From Spongospora subterranea f. sp. subterranea (Eukaryota), in the NCBI GenBank assembly GCA_049724395.1, contig JAUGWO010000118.1, forward strand, positions 1 to 64,000: a DNA stretch of 64,000 nucleotides, in the 5' to 3' direction. Of the stretch, positions 40,148 to 52,899 are shown in pieces. Every line of letters begins with the position of its first letter. Within the stretch, counting starts at the first letter, position 1. The position numbers and the translations under genes were made by a program. A model generated the notes under the pieces. That model was not told the DNA's origin. It did no database searches and saw only the letters and a list, made by a program, of their open reading frames with translations.

Positions 40148-40594
40148 GCTACTTAGATCTATCGGGCATGTTTGGACGCGCCGGATGCAGGATGATTGAT
40201 CACGAGGCGCTGATAAAATGTAAACAAAGAGCATATCGAATTCAACCAGAAAAAATATCTACCAAAACCGTTTGAGTCATGAGAATGTGAATCATGGGTT
40301 CGCATTGGCGACATGCCGTCGACGTTGGTCAAAAAATTCCCACTGCGTTAGTGTTAAAATCCGGGAAGACGTAAACCTGAACATTACTCTTCAGCGAGAA
40401 GCAGATCCAGACGCGGATGTCCCAAATCATCGACTTCCAAGGACATGTCGGAGAGTTTACTCGAATAACGTTCTTCCCGGTCAGTCATAACCTCAGGGTA
40501 GCGTCCCGGGCTGCTTTACCAAAGAGAAGAAACCCTCAGCGGATAAGGTTTCAGGAATGAAGATTGTCGTCCTTATTTTCCTATAAATCTCGCT

Positions 40595-41250
40595 CCCTCT
40601 ACGGTTGTGAACTGCTCCGTAACCCCAATTTTTGCGCGACTGAACTCTGCCCGTTGCCCCAGTGTGTACCCTCACTGTACCCTCTACGGTTTTGAACTAC
40701 AGTACCCCCCTTCGTAACCCAAATTTTTGCGCGACTGAACCGCCCGTTTGTGTACACAAGGTGCATGTCGCGAATTCGCATTCCTATTCTCGGCCAGCCG
40801 GGGTTGACACTGTGTGGTCCGGCCGATCAGGACTGTCGGTCTCGGGCCGAGAATTCATGATTGCTCGATAGTTTGCGAACGCTGCAAAGCATTTGATTCA
40901 CATCATGCTTAACGTGACCCCGTTCGTAATTAGCAGCCAGCTTGGGAGTAAACGTCCCCCGAAAACTGAAGAAAACCTGATTTCGGCAAATTTTGAAGAG
41001 GCGGTAGACGTGATCACACAGAGAGTTGAGCGTCGGATTAGCCATCGTTTTTCTGAAGCTTCTAAACAAGATCAACACATGCTTGCTGTCAAAATCTCGA
41101 AACAACTGTTGGGAATTTGGCTAACAAAGAAGGAGAACAGGTTGCCGAAACATGATATCGACTATTACTCGCAAGAAATTGCAATCTCTTGCGGGTTCTG
41201 AATCGGTTTCCATCTTTGTATATACATCCAGTCCAGTCGAAAAATGAGTT
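40595..41250 (+). mobile_element. Possible pogo/Tc1-like remnant with duplicated terminus
   Basis: Imperfect direct repeat, 40595-40656 vs 40680-40750. TA+CAGTACCCC at 40698-40708 resembles a Tc1/pogo end. The downstream ORF weakly resembles a CENP-B HTH. Confidence 0.3.
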
Positions 41251-42173
41251 ATGATAAACCGATCATACTCTTGTTTTGAAATACAATGTGCTCGATAACC
41301 TATTGGCATTCCTGAGGGCTTTCTGAAGGATGTGCATAGTCTCGACAACGAACTAAACGGGCTATGGCTATAGGGACTCGGACAAGAACCCGCATCTCTC
41401 AGAGAAGCCATAACTAAGGGTTGGCTATAATCGAGGCCTCGGGCTGCCAACACCTCAGAGCAAAAGGGTCAGCCCGAGCCTACATCGACCCATCGCTTAC
41501 GTGGATGGCCCAGAGCACGCAATTTTGAGAGCAGTAGACATGAATCTTGAAAATTCCTTGTCATCGCCAACTCATTGTATTAAGAAACGGATTTTGTGCT
41601 CTAACATCATTCCAGGTCCGAATTGTCAAGATTGACTCTGAAATCTCGGTTTCATTTTACAGACAATACTGAAAACGAATTATATTTTATACTTTCGCCT
41701 TCGAAAAATCTTTGTCATTTAGTTATATTAGGAGGGGTGACATCACATTATGCAGAACCGGACCATGTTCGTGCACCAGATGGCGGTGGGCAGAGGCCGC
41801 GCAGCCATGTTGGGACATGGATCCGGCTCGTATGATCCAGATAGCGGTTGTCTGGATCCTGGGTTCGAGTTAGCAGGAAATCTACCTGACGACACATACT
41901 TTCTGTACAAAACTAAATACAGTACTCTTTATGGGCCGGCATCATTACGACAATCTGGAATCATAGAATTCTAGTAAATCTGTTTATTCCAGCCAATCCA
42001 TCAGCATCGGTATTCCATACTATAATTGGTCCAGATATCGAAGTCCTGAGCAGAAACGTTTAAAAACGTTGTCTCGGATTAAACCAAATCCTACGTGTCT
42101 GCTGGGAAAATAGAGAATGTGTCGCCAATAACTGATCAACGTATCTTAATAGCATGGATACGCACACATCTTT

Positions 42174-45100
42174 TGTTATTTTGATAAAATCTGCTGGAAG
42201 AATTGATCGTGTTAATCTAAATTTACCGAATCCTTTTTTGAAGATGCTCAGAGCAAGCCAATAGAACCCGGAGCTCTTGAATATGCGCCCTCTGGTGATT
42301 GCGTTTGTACTGTGCTCACGCCGTCCAATGTTTGTCGAATGTTCATATTTCAGGTTCTCTTAATCGTGAGCAACACCGTTCCCTTCAAGGTCGCTGGTAC
42401 GGATGATGGTTCGCCCGTCGATAAGCACGAAAAATCCATCCTGTGAGCAAATGAAGTCGAAGGATAGCGAAGCACAATCGATTCTGATTCTGTCCGCCCT
42501 GCCTCCATCTGCGGTCACAGCACTCGGCCTGACCACCAAGAAGACTGTCCACGAATGTTGGAAGGTCCTTTTCGACGCATTACACCCGTCGACAATGGCG
42601 ACGATCTCTCGTGACCTGGTCCAAGCTTGACAGGAGGACGGAGAGGCAGTCGGCGAGTACGTCTTCGGGGTGAATCAAGCTGCTGACGGCACTGCGAGCA
42701 ATAGCACCACCCAGCATCATCGCTGTTGGAGACCATCTCTTTGCAATCATTATTCTTAATGGCTTGTGAAGCATTTTGCGTCCCCGCCAAAATGTGAACG
42801 TCGTTTGCCGGACGAGTCGTCGTCACCGCGGCACCGGCCTCGAGACGATTTACGTCTTATTTGGCCGAGTTCAGCCCAGATGATGGCAGCACTTCCATCA
42901 ATAACAGGAGTGCTTGAGATTGTGCGGGTTTCGATCTCAATTGCCAAAGCCGTTATCTCATCGCTAGAAGGAGGGTCTTTAACTGATCGGGAAAGAACGG
43001 CAGATATTGAAGATGAAACGTGCGGATTGAAGCCATTGAGATCGGCAGATATTGAAGATGAAACGTGCGGATTGAAGCCATTGAGATCGAAACCCGCACA
43101 ATCTCAAGCACTCCTGATGGAAGTGCTGCCATCATCCTGGCCATGCGGGCTGAACTCGACCAAATAAGACGTAAATCGTCTCGAGGCCGGTGCCGCGGTG
43201 ACGACTCGTCCGGCAAACGACATTCACATTTTGGCGGGGACGCAAAATGCTTCACCAAGCACCCCGAGCTGTATATATTGAATACAAGAATGCCAACGTG
43301 GCTTCCTTTTATGAGAAGGTATCCAGTCTTGATAGCGTTTCGGTTCCATCGTTTTTGGCGACTCCGGTTGGGATCATCGACCGAGATTATCGCCGATACT
43401 GGGGCGGGACGCCACATGTTCCTCAATAAGGGCTCATTCGTTTTGTATATCGAACAAGTTGGTCCCTGATCAAAATGGCAAAAGATGGCAAATAATAATG
43501 TAATATCATCAACTGGGACAGGAACAAGCACTTTCACAATCAATGGCAAGCTGTTTCAAACCACCAATGCCCTACATGTACCGGGACAAAGCAAGAACCT
43601 GTTCTCGGTTGGCCAGTCCACTGCCACAGGCATCAAATATCTGTTTGATGGAAAGGAGATGATAATATACGCTGCTACAGGTTTCCAACGACCGACTTGG
43701 AACATCCTTGCGACAGTGCCCAAACATCACGATAATATATATCGTATGAACTGCAGCATTTCCGATCCCTCCAAGATACCTGTTTCTACTGGAACAACGC
43801 CCTTGGACTCGCCATTGCAGCATCATGAATCGGTGACATCACATGCGAAGCACTGGCCCAAGACAATTCCCGCATCATTCGCGAGGCAAAACGACCCTGT
43901 TACGGAGACGCTTCTTCATGAAAAAGACTTGGTCATCTCCATCTACCCGATGCTCGTCGCCTGATTCATTAATCGGCAAAAGGACCCCGATGCCTGCCAA
44001 ATTCTAGAATGCAAGAGCAACGCGAGGCGAAAATGAAGCGAGAACCATTTCCCTCAAGCGATAGAATCACGAGCCGGCCAGGAGAATTGGTATTCAGCGA
44101 TCTTAAAGGCCCATTCTCATGTCCTGGCTTGCCAAATCGCTACAAGTATTTCGCAACATTCATAGATCATCACACGAGGTTTTCTAAAGTTTACTTGACC
44201 CAAAGAAAATCTGAATGGCTCACCGTTTATAAAATGTACGAGGGCTGGATGGCAACGTCACATGAGTGCAATATCATCCATCGAATCGATACAGACGGAT
44301 AATGCAGGTGAAATGACCTCAGAGTCGTATCTCGCTGGGAAAGGTACCCACCATCGCACGACTGTGCCATATGATTCCGAATCGAATGGTCTGCCGGAGC
44401 GATTCAACCGATCAATAATGGAAATTGCTGAGTCTATGCGATTTCGTGCTGGGCTGCCTAAACAATTTGGTCATTCTGTGTGATTCACGCGACGTATCTA
44501 CTTAACCGTCGACCGCATTCAGCACTCCCAGTAAGGATGACGCCATTTTGAAGCTTGGTACTCTCGAAAACCACATCTGGGCTCACTTCGCGTTTTCGGC
44601 TGTGATGCGTGGATGTTATTGCCGCCAGCAACTAGATCAGCGCAAGATCCACATGCACATCGGGTTGTATTCATCGGTCATTGTCCAAACAAGCGAGCAT
44701 TTCGCCTCTGGGATCCGGTAGGACAACGAATTTGTCTAGCAAAACTGTCATTTTCAACGAAGAATCATTTACCTTTATGGCAAAGTATGACGTGATAGAG
44801 GCCACCAAACCAGACTAGATTGACTGGAATGATGAACTTACCTCGAGTCCGATGTTCAAGCACCGGACCATCACCGTCGAATGTCTTTTGTCGACAAAGT
44901 TATGTTGCCCCAACCGCTTGCGCCTAATGAAATTGACCTGAACATTGTACTTAATGGTGGTTTAGCTGACGCTCATGACTACCGTGAAATGCCTCGTCGA
45001 TCATCCCGTGTTAGAGCGCAACCTGCAAGATACGCCGATGAGCAAGCGGAAAGACATTTCGCCCTCAATGCAGGCGCCGCAACGGTGGCAAGGGACAACT

Positions 45101-47185
45101 CGACACATATCGTGTCCAATGAGGACACTATCGAACAACATCAACAGTTATATGCTCAAGAATGGTGGTTAACTCCAACAGTTGCACATCAGACAGCTCT
45201 ACATTGGGCACCCGTAGTCGACGCATGGCGAACACAGCCCAATATACCAATTCAGCCCAGGACAGCAGGGCATCGTCGATCAAATCGATTTCGTGTGGAA
45301 CAAGAGCAGCAAGCTAATTCTGCCCGCATTTTTCAGCACCGTAATGGCGGAGATGTGTTGATCGTCGCTGCTGGAGCCACGTTGATTATTCCACCAAATT
45401 ATCCGAGCAAGATTCCTCGGCCACAGTTGGCTGGAGTCAAAGCTATCGACGTTCCTATACCAAAGAATATGGCTGAGGCGATGTCAGGACCTTATGGTGG
45501 CCATTGGTACGATGCAGCGGTGAAACAGATGCTGACTTTGGAGGCAGCGAATACGTTTGGCCCTCTCGTTTGCCCTTCCACAGGGTCATATTGCAACAGG
45601 AGCGACTTGGGTATATGTCGTTAAACCGGACATGAGTAGCGACGGTTCTATCCGCAAATTCACGGCGCGCTTGTGTGCTCAGGGATTCTCAATGAGACCA
45701 GGCAATGACTACAGCGAGACGTTCGCCCCCACTGCTTGTCCAACAACCATGCTCATTATACTGGCACTCGCCGCTCAATACGGTCTGTTAACTCGTCAGG
45801 TTGATTTTGTGGCAGCATACTTGAAAAGGAATTATGGAGCATGAAGTGTATATGCGGTCAACCGCCCGGTTTCACTGATCCTGGTAATCCTACAGCAGTC
45901 AAAGGCTTATCAAGGCCATATATGGCACAAAACAAGGTGCTGAGCGATGGCATGCCACTCTAGTTTCCTTTCTGATGGACGAAATCGGATTCAAACAAAC
46001 TGTTGCCGATCCATGCGTTTTCACACTCTTAGGTCTCCACACAGACGATTGTTTATTAGCATAGAACGACCAGGTATGGGCAAATGGTATTGTTAACCGC
46101 ATGTACGTCAAATTCCCGCTGGCTGATTAAGGCGCGCCATCCCGATCGCTTGACATCCGAATTCAGCGCGAAGGAAAGACAGGATCCATCTCGATAGACC
46201 AGGCTGAGTTTATTTCCGAGCTTCTCGTCCGATACAGCATGCAAGACTGTAATCCTGTGTCGACACCTCACCAACCGGGCGTGTATTTCTCAAAGCGCAT
46301 GTGCCCGCAAACGCATGCTGAGCGTGCTGACATGATCACAGTTCCTTATTTGGGACTTCTTGGATCTTTTCAATGGTTGGCTCATCGTTGCCGACCCAAC
46401 ATAGCATATATTGTCAATGTTTAATCGGAATACGCGGCTGACCCTGCGCATCGTCGCATTCTTGAAAGGATGTCCAGCTCGAGGTATCAAATTCCAGACG
46501 TCAGTCGATAACGATCCGATTGCTTTTAGTGATGCGGATTGGGCAGGAGATCCCGACACGAGGAGATCGCGCATTGTGTTGGTTGTTATGATTATGGCAG
46601 GCTGAGCCATTTTTTGGTGATAAAAGCGCCAGGATCTCGGAATCAATCCAGGTATGGTTATCCTCGACTCACTCCGAAATCAAGGCACTGTGTGCATCTG
46701 CACCGCATCGCTGTTTGGGTACGATTACTTCCCGATGAGATTGGACATAGCCCATAGGGACCGATAAACGTTTTTGAAGACAACCGGGGTGCAAGGGCGT
46801 GGTCTGGATATCGCCGAATGGAACAACGCACTAAAGACATTGAAGCGCAATTTCACTTCACTCGTGAAGCAGTGGCAGGTGGAATTATTCAGATTGAAGT
46901 GTGTCCCACAGCAGCCATGGCATCTGATTTTCTGACTAAGCCCTGTGCCCGCTCGTCATTTGAGGCAAATCTTCAACGTCTTGGAATAACCAACTGAGGA
47001 GTTTCCATTGACGGGGGGTGTTAATTGAGACTCCAATGTAAACCATAGCCCTAAATGTCGTGTCCCGGAATCCGAATAAATCTCTTCTCTCTCTTGTCTG
47101 TTATCACACGGGTTCTATTGGCTTGCTCTGAGCATCTTCAAGAAAGGATTCGATATATTTAGATTATAACACGATCAATTCTTCC
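42174..47185 (+). mobile_element. Decayed Ty1/Copia LTR retrotransposon
   Basis: Domain order: gag-like (42403-43260), protease IIADTGAGRHM, integrase VFSDLKGP..FIDHHTR..TDNAGE..SNGLPERFNR, RT KFTARLCAQGF..QVDFVAAYL, RNase H FSDADWAGDPDTRRS..ASDFLTKP. A PPT GACGGGGGG precedes an LTR starting TGTTA at 47019. Many frameshifts. Confidence 0.92.
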
Positions 47186-48961
47186 TGGAAGCCATCGTGC
47201 TAAGAAAATCGCTCAAAACAGAGGTGCTGCCTCGTTGCACACTAGAATTTTCCTCTTGAGTGAAATTTCAGTGGGAAAATCCGGGCCATTGTGACTTTCG
47301 GGCTGTTCGAGCGCCCAGGCAAGCCTTGAAGAGAGGATCTCAACGACACATGCATCCAGATCACTCAAAATCGTATCTGGGGTTCGGGCGTCGTCTTTTG
47401 GAGGAAGTCTGTTGATAAAGTTCGTCTTCACCAGAGAGAGCATTTCTGACCGAAACGCAAAATTGATCAAACGATGTGATTTGGATAAAGAATTTGCTCA
47501 TGCTGCAAGTCCTCACACCACAGTTTTCCAAAAAGCACTCATTCCTGCAGGAACTTCGTTCAGGATCGGCAAACAAAACGAAAACAACTGAAAAATGGTT
47601 GAATCAGAAGACTCCGTTTGAACGGATACTCCGCTGTCATCAGCTGACGGAATGCGGTCTCCAGAACGGTATCGCTTTGGAATGTGCTGCTTCATACTCT
47701 CGATAAACGATGAGATACCCATTGCCATTACGACCACCAGTGTTCAAGCCACTTCGACATGCCAATTCAAACAAAGTGGTTGATCTTGTCGACAAGCTGA
47801 CAAAGCCCACGAACGGTAAATTCCTTCGCAAACATTCTGCAGATCCCAAAGGCATGCTCGAGGGTTCTTTAGAGCACAACTTGAAATTACAACCTGCATT
47901 ATTGCAAACAAGAAAAAAGATCCGACACATTGCGAAAATAAGTTTGTTTGAGTAATGCTGTGAATCCCATCAACAGATTAAAAAAAGAAAAGCCCTCCAA
48001 AGGGAAACGACACGCGCTCTTCCGCTGAGATTCGGCTCAATCGTAGCAGCAACCAGCAATCTTGAGAATTTGAGGCATAAAGCAGCGTTGCTTATCATCA
48101 TCGGGCGCAGTGGCATGCAAAATTTTAAATTGCAGTACGAAAATTGAGGTGGGAGAAGATAAGGTTTGTATCTCACACGTTCAATAACATCAGGCTGGCA
48201 AAGCTGCAATACCTTCAGATTATATGCGAAATCCATCAACCAGAGTGGTTCCGAAAGTTTTCAGCTGATCGCCAAACCGGAGCGCAGGCTGGAGAGATTT
48301 TGCCATATGGTTGGAATCCGATGTGGACACATGCTGAGTAACTCCGTTTAGAAAGGACATTTGAAACATATGAAATCAAACAAAGGCTGCATAGAGTAGA
48401 TCATCAGCAGCCATAGAACTCACCAACGTGGAGGTGTGAAATGGTCGCTCATAACCCACACCATCAGTGCAAACACTCAGAAGGTTCAGGTCTGGATAGC
48501 TTATAGCAGACGTAAAGAAATTAAACACAGCGCAAGTATCGCTCTGTTTTCTGATGGCACGTTGGTTGACAGAATCTGAGAACGGAGTGAGATATTGTTG
48601 ACAGTTTGCATATGTAAAACATATAGGTGTACCTTCTCAATAATCTCAGTTCTGCATAATTGCAAAACTTTGCGATCAGATGCGAAATCTGACAAATCAA
48701 CGAGGTCTTTGCTGATCGGGGGATTTTACAGAGCAACAGCAAACCACAATCCACGGGGGTGATGCGAACAAACTTCTGTTGTCCGCCTAACAGCAATGCT
48801 CGCTGTAGAGACTTGCGCATATGATTGGCATCCGATGTGGAGATAACGCGGGATGTGCCATCTAAAAAGACAACTATGAAAGAACATTACCAACCAGACG
48901 ATCTCTCCCTTCTTGGAATATCTACCAATGTTGAAGTCAAGAATGAACGTTCATAGACAAC

Positions 48962-50534
48962 GGGCCTACAGAAAACACTGGCCACACTAACTGGCCGCCA
49001 GTTAGTGTGGCCAGTGTTTTCTGTAGGCCGCTGGTAGGGTGTGAATTAACCGGCCGCATTCACTGGCCTGATTGATCAAAGTAGGCCAGCGATTGCGGCC
49101 AGTTAATTCACACCCTAACTAGGGTGTAACAGATTCACACCCTAACTAGGGTGTAACAGAATTCACTGGCCGCACTAGCTGGCCAAAACCTGCAAAAGCT
49201 GGCCGCACATACTGGCTAGAAACTGCGTCACGTGGAATATCACATTTTGCGCGAACTAAAATCTGGCGAAGGGAATATCTCGTGATGTCCGCATTTCAGT
49301 TCTCGTCATGGTGAAGCGAATGGATTGGCAAGCGTGTGATTTCGAAGAACAGGACTTCGCATATTCACCTGTTAACAGTAGTGAACACCAGCTGGACAAA
49401 GATGGCGTTCCACTGGCTATCAGCGGTGAATGCAGTTACAGGTTCGAACGGATGTCGGAAAAAGCGAATTTGATGCAGCGATGCCATTGGCAGTTTCGCT
49501 GCACAAAATCTAAGAAATTACTTCATCCCAAAACCAACAATGTTGCCATAACTCTGCATTACAAAGTTTGTGCGGGCCTTATCCGCTGTTCCAACAGCGA
49601 TTGGAAATGACCAACCGACTTTGCTCAGACCCAGCCTATGATATGGTAGAGGCTGAAAGCATGTTCCGTTGTTGTGTATTCATTTGGTTCCCAGGTTCTT
49701 ACGAAAGATGTTCGCGAGATTGTATCAATGCCAGAGAATATCATGTTGATCGAGCTGCCAGTAGAGTGTGCATCTGACAGCTTGATGTGTAATGAACCAG
49801 TTACTGCCAACGGGTTCCACTGGCGTATTTTTGCTCGCATCTCATCCAAATTGGACACATGTTCACATTTTTATGCACACATCTTGCGTCAAGAAACCGT
49901 CAAAATTCCTGGTCGGTATTATTACAACGACCTGGAGAACGACGGCAGAGCCTGTTATGTGGAAGGCAAAAATTCGAAAGCCGTGGTCTCTCTTATTATG
50001 TGTTCTATGTTAAGATTTAATACAATGAGAAGAATGCATTTCTGACAGCCGCTTGATAGCATGTGCCCCGCTTGAACAATTTCAAGAAAAAAATGAAGAA
50101 GTTGTGATAGTTTTCCCTTTGTAATCAGAAAACGTAATGGGAAAGACGACAGCTTTCGAAGCTGCCTTCCACATAGCAGCAGCATTGAGATGTGGCCGGC
50201 CTGTTGTGTGAATTAACGGTGTTCGTCGCTGCATTATGTGAGAAACTGAATCAGCTCTGTAGAAAGACACACTATGACTTTGAAATTTCAAATTTTGAGC
50301 CAGTTTCTAAACAATTTTGCAGGTTTTGGCCAGCTAGTGCGGCCAGTGAATTCTGTCACACCCTAGTTAGAATGTGAATTAACTGGCCGCAATCGCTGGC
50401 CTGTTTTGATCAATCAGGCCAGTGAATGCGGCCGGTTAATTCACACCCTACCAGCGGCCTACAGAAAACACTGGCCACACTAACTGGCCAAGAAACTGCG
50501 GCCAGTTAGTGCGGCCAGTGAATTATAGCCGCCC
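48962..50534 (+). mobile_element. Non-autonomous Mutator-like element (MULE), 1573 bp, ~220-235-bp TIRs, 9-bp TSD
   Basis: TIRs at 48962-49197 and 50315-50534. ATAGACAAC flanks both sides (48953-48961 and 50535-50543). Internal ORF remnants are a GCM-like YKVCAGLIRCSN segment and a USP-like HFYAH...YYYND segment. Confidence 0.88.
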
Positions 50535-52899
50535 ATAGACAACTCCATCTGTGCAAACACTGAGAAGATTCAGTGCGTTGAAATTATTCACGATATGAAC
50601 GATAGTTTTGTTAAAACTGTCATCCGCATCGTTTTTCTTTCCTGGTCTGGCCGCAAGGATGATCATTGGAGATAAACCTTTAGGAATTCTTTGTACAGTC
50701 AACACGCAGACCTGTTTATTGATTTAAACAGAATGGACTTGGAAAAGTACAGCAACAACAATTACTTGATTTCACCGGCAAGCTCATGATATTGCATCGT
50801 CATCTCCCTCTGGCGACAAAGGAATTATATGTTTAGGGTGTATTCCGCCGACAATGCATCAATACTTTGGTAAGCCAAGAGAAGCAGCACCACAACAGTT
50901 GCGTCAAACGACAGGGATACATCAAGTACTGAATATGGGCACTTGGACCGAATTTTGGAGACCAGCTTCAAAATTCGAGACTGAATGTTGTCTGTTTCTA
51001 AGTTAATGATGTTGAGGCCTGAAGAGACGGTCGGTATGGATTGCTCAATAAAAAAAACTGATCAAAAGATCCAGCAGAAATACGTTGCAAATGACACCAC
51101 GAAGGTCCTGGTAGATTGCCAGCCACGAGTTTGAGAACTTTCCGACCGTAAGAGGCAAGCATAAGATAGAAATCAATCAAAACAGACTCCAAAGGAGCAT
51201 TCATGTGTCCTGACGATTTGGTAATGACAGATCGAACCATGCACATCAACAATGACTTTCTGATATCAGGATTGTCACCAAAGTTTAGAATAAAGTCGTT
51301 GATTACGATGACGTTCTGTCCTGAACCAAGTACGTCATCTGACACTGATAATGCCCTTCTGATCTCAGTGATGGCTTTTACGTAATTCAACAAACATCAA
51401 GCTCGTGCCATGCGCTCAATTCGGCTTGGGACTCCTGAAACGGCCGTTTCGACAGCGGCAATGCGGTCCATTCTTTCAAACCGTTTTCGCAAAACCCTGT
51501 CCTTGAACAGGGCCTAACAAACACTGCTTATTTTGAGACCCGGCAGCGGTTTACCATTGCATTATATCGAATGAATTCTCATAACGCCCATGGCGGAGGT
51601 GAACATCAGAGACGGAAAGAGGTTTGACATAATTTTCATACAAACGAACATAGTTTGGATGGTTTTGGACACCTCCAAGGCAAATACGCACACCCTGTGG
51701 CCGGCTAGAAACAGCAACGCCAGAAGCATTGGAGATTGGGAGAGCGTCTTTTGCCACCGGTAGAAAATACGATGAGATGCGGTTGGACGATTGGGAACGT
51801 TCTATCGAAGTCTTATGTTTATTCGTCCTAGTAATAAAACAACGATTACAAAGTCATCAAAGATGCACAAGATTCTGTTACCGGTTGTGTTCAACCAAGC
51901 GCCTGATTGAGAGGAAATGGCGGCATTAAGTTTGCACGTCGACGAGATTAGATGTTAATAGAGGTGCTTGTCGCGGTAGGTCGGATGAAGTTTGAAGAAT
52001 TTCGAAGCAAAATTTGCTGCATGCCAAAAGATGTACGCTCGTGTGTCGTCAATAAACCCTCTCACTTCGTTCTCAGCCTTTACTGTCCCAACTCTTGCCC
52101 GGTGCATTCCGCATTCGATTGATCTTCTCGAACGACGTTGGCCATAATATTAGGACCCCGGTCCTCTTGAAAACAATGATGTGGCAGTCGGTCCATAGAG
52201 TCTGGGAGTATAATTCCGGGACATCGGTCCGCCAAACCAAGTGCTCCTGGCGTACCTTTTAAGGACCGCAATTCTCCGGGGTGGTGCAAGAAGGTCATTA
52301 TATTGATATTCCGTGTATCCAAGAAAATCGAGTTTGAAGGTTTACAATATGGATAGGAGCGTTGGTTTCATTGACAAGTCCTGAGCCGGCTGTTGATATC
52401 TTACCTCGACCAGTACCCGATAGGTGCGACCATCTGTTTTCATCGCTAGAAAAAACTGAGATTGGACAGGTTTCCGCACGCTTTAGCGGTTATTTTCAAG
52501 AACAAACAGTGTGGATCCATTTATAATGCAAGAGCAAATTCAACTCTTCCTCTGTTCTCAGAGGGTTTGATAACTCGTGCGGTTGGCCATCCCACTAAAT
52601 GTAATTTTTCCAAAGATAAGCGCTCAGTTTTTGCGTTTGTCATGGAAGTGGAAGTCTTCGTTTCATTCAAAATTGACCCGATGGATGAACTTCGCGTTCG
52701 AGAACTTATTCATGAAATAAAAAGCATCCAAACTGGACAGTTTATGAAGAGAATCAAATTGCGTTATTTCGTCGGTTCTGTGTTTTCTTTTTTTACAGCT
52801 GTTGCTGCTGTCAGTTGTCGTAATGTGGATCACGAACAGGCGGTGTGGCGACCATGCGGGGTAAAATCACTGCATCACCATTCGCAAACGGTGGCGACC

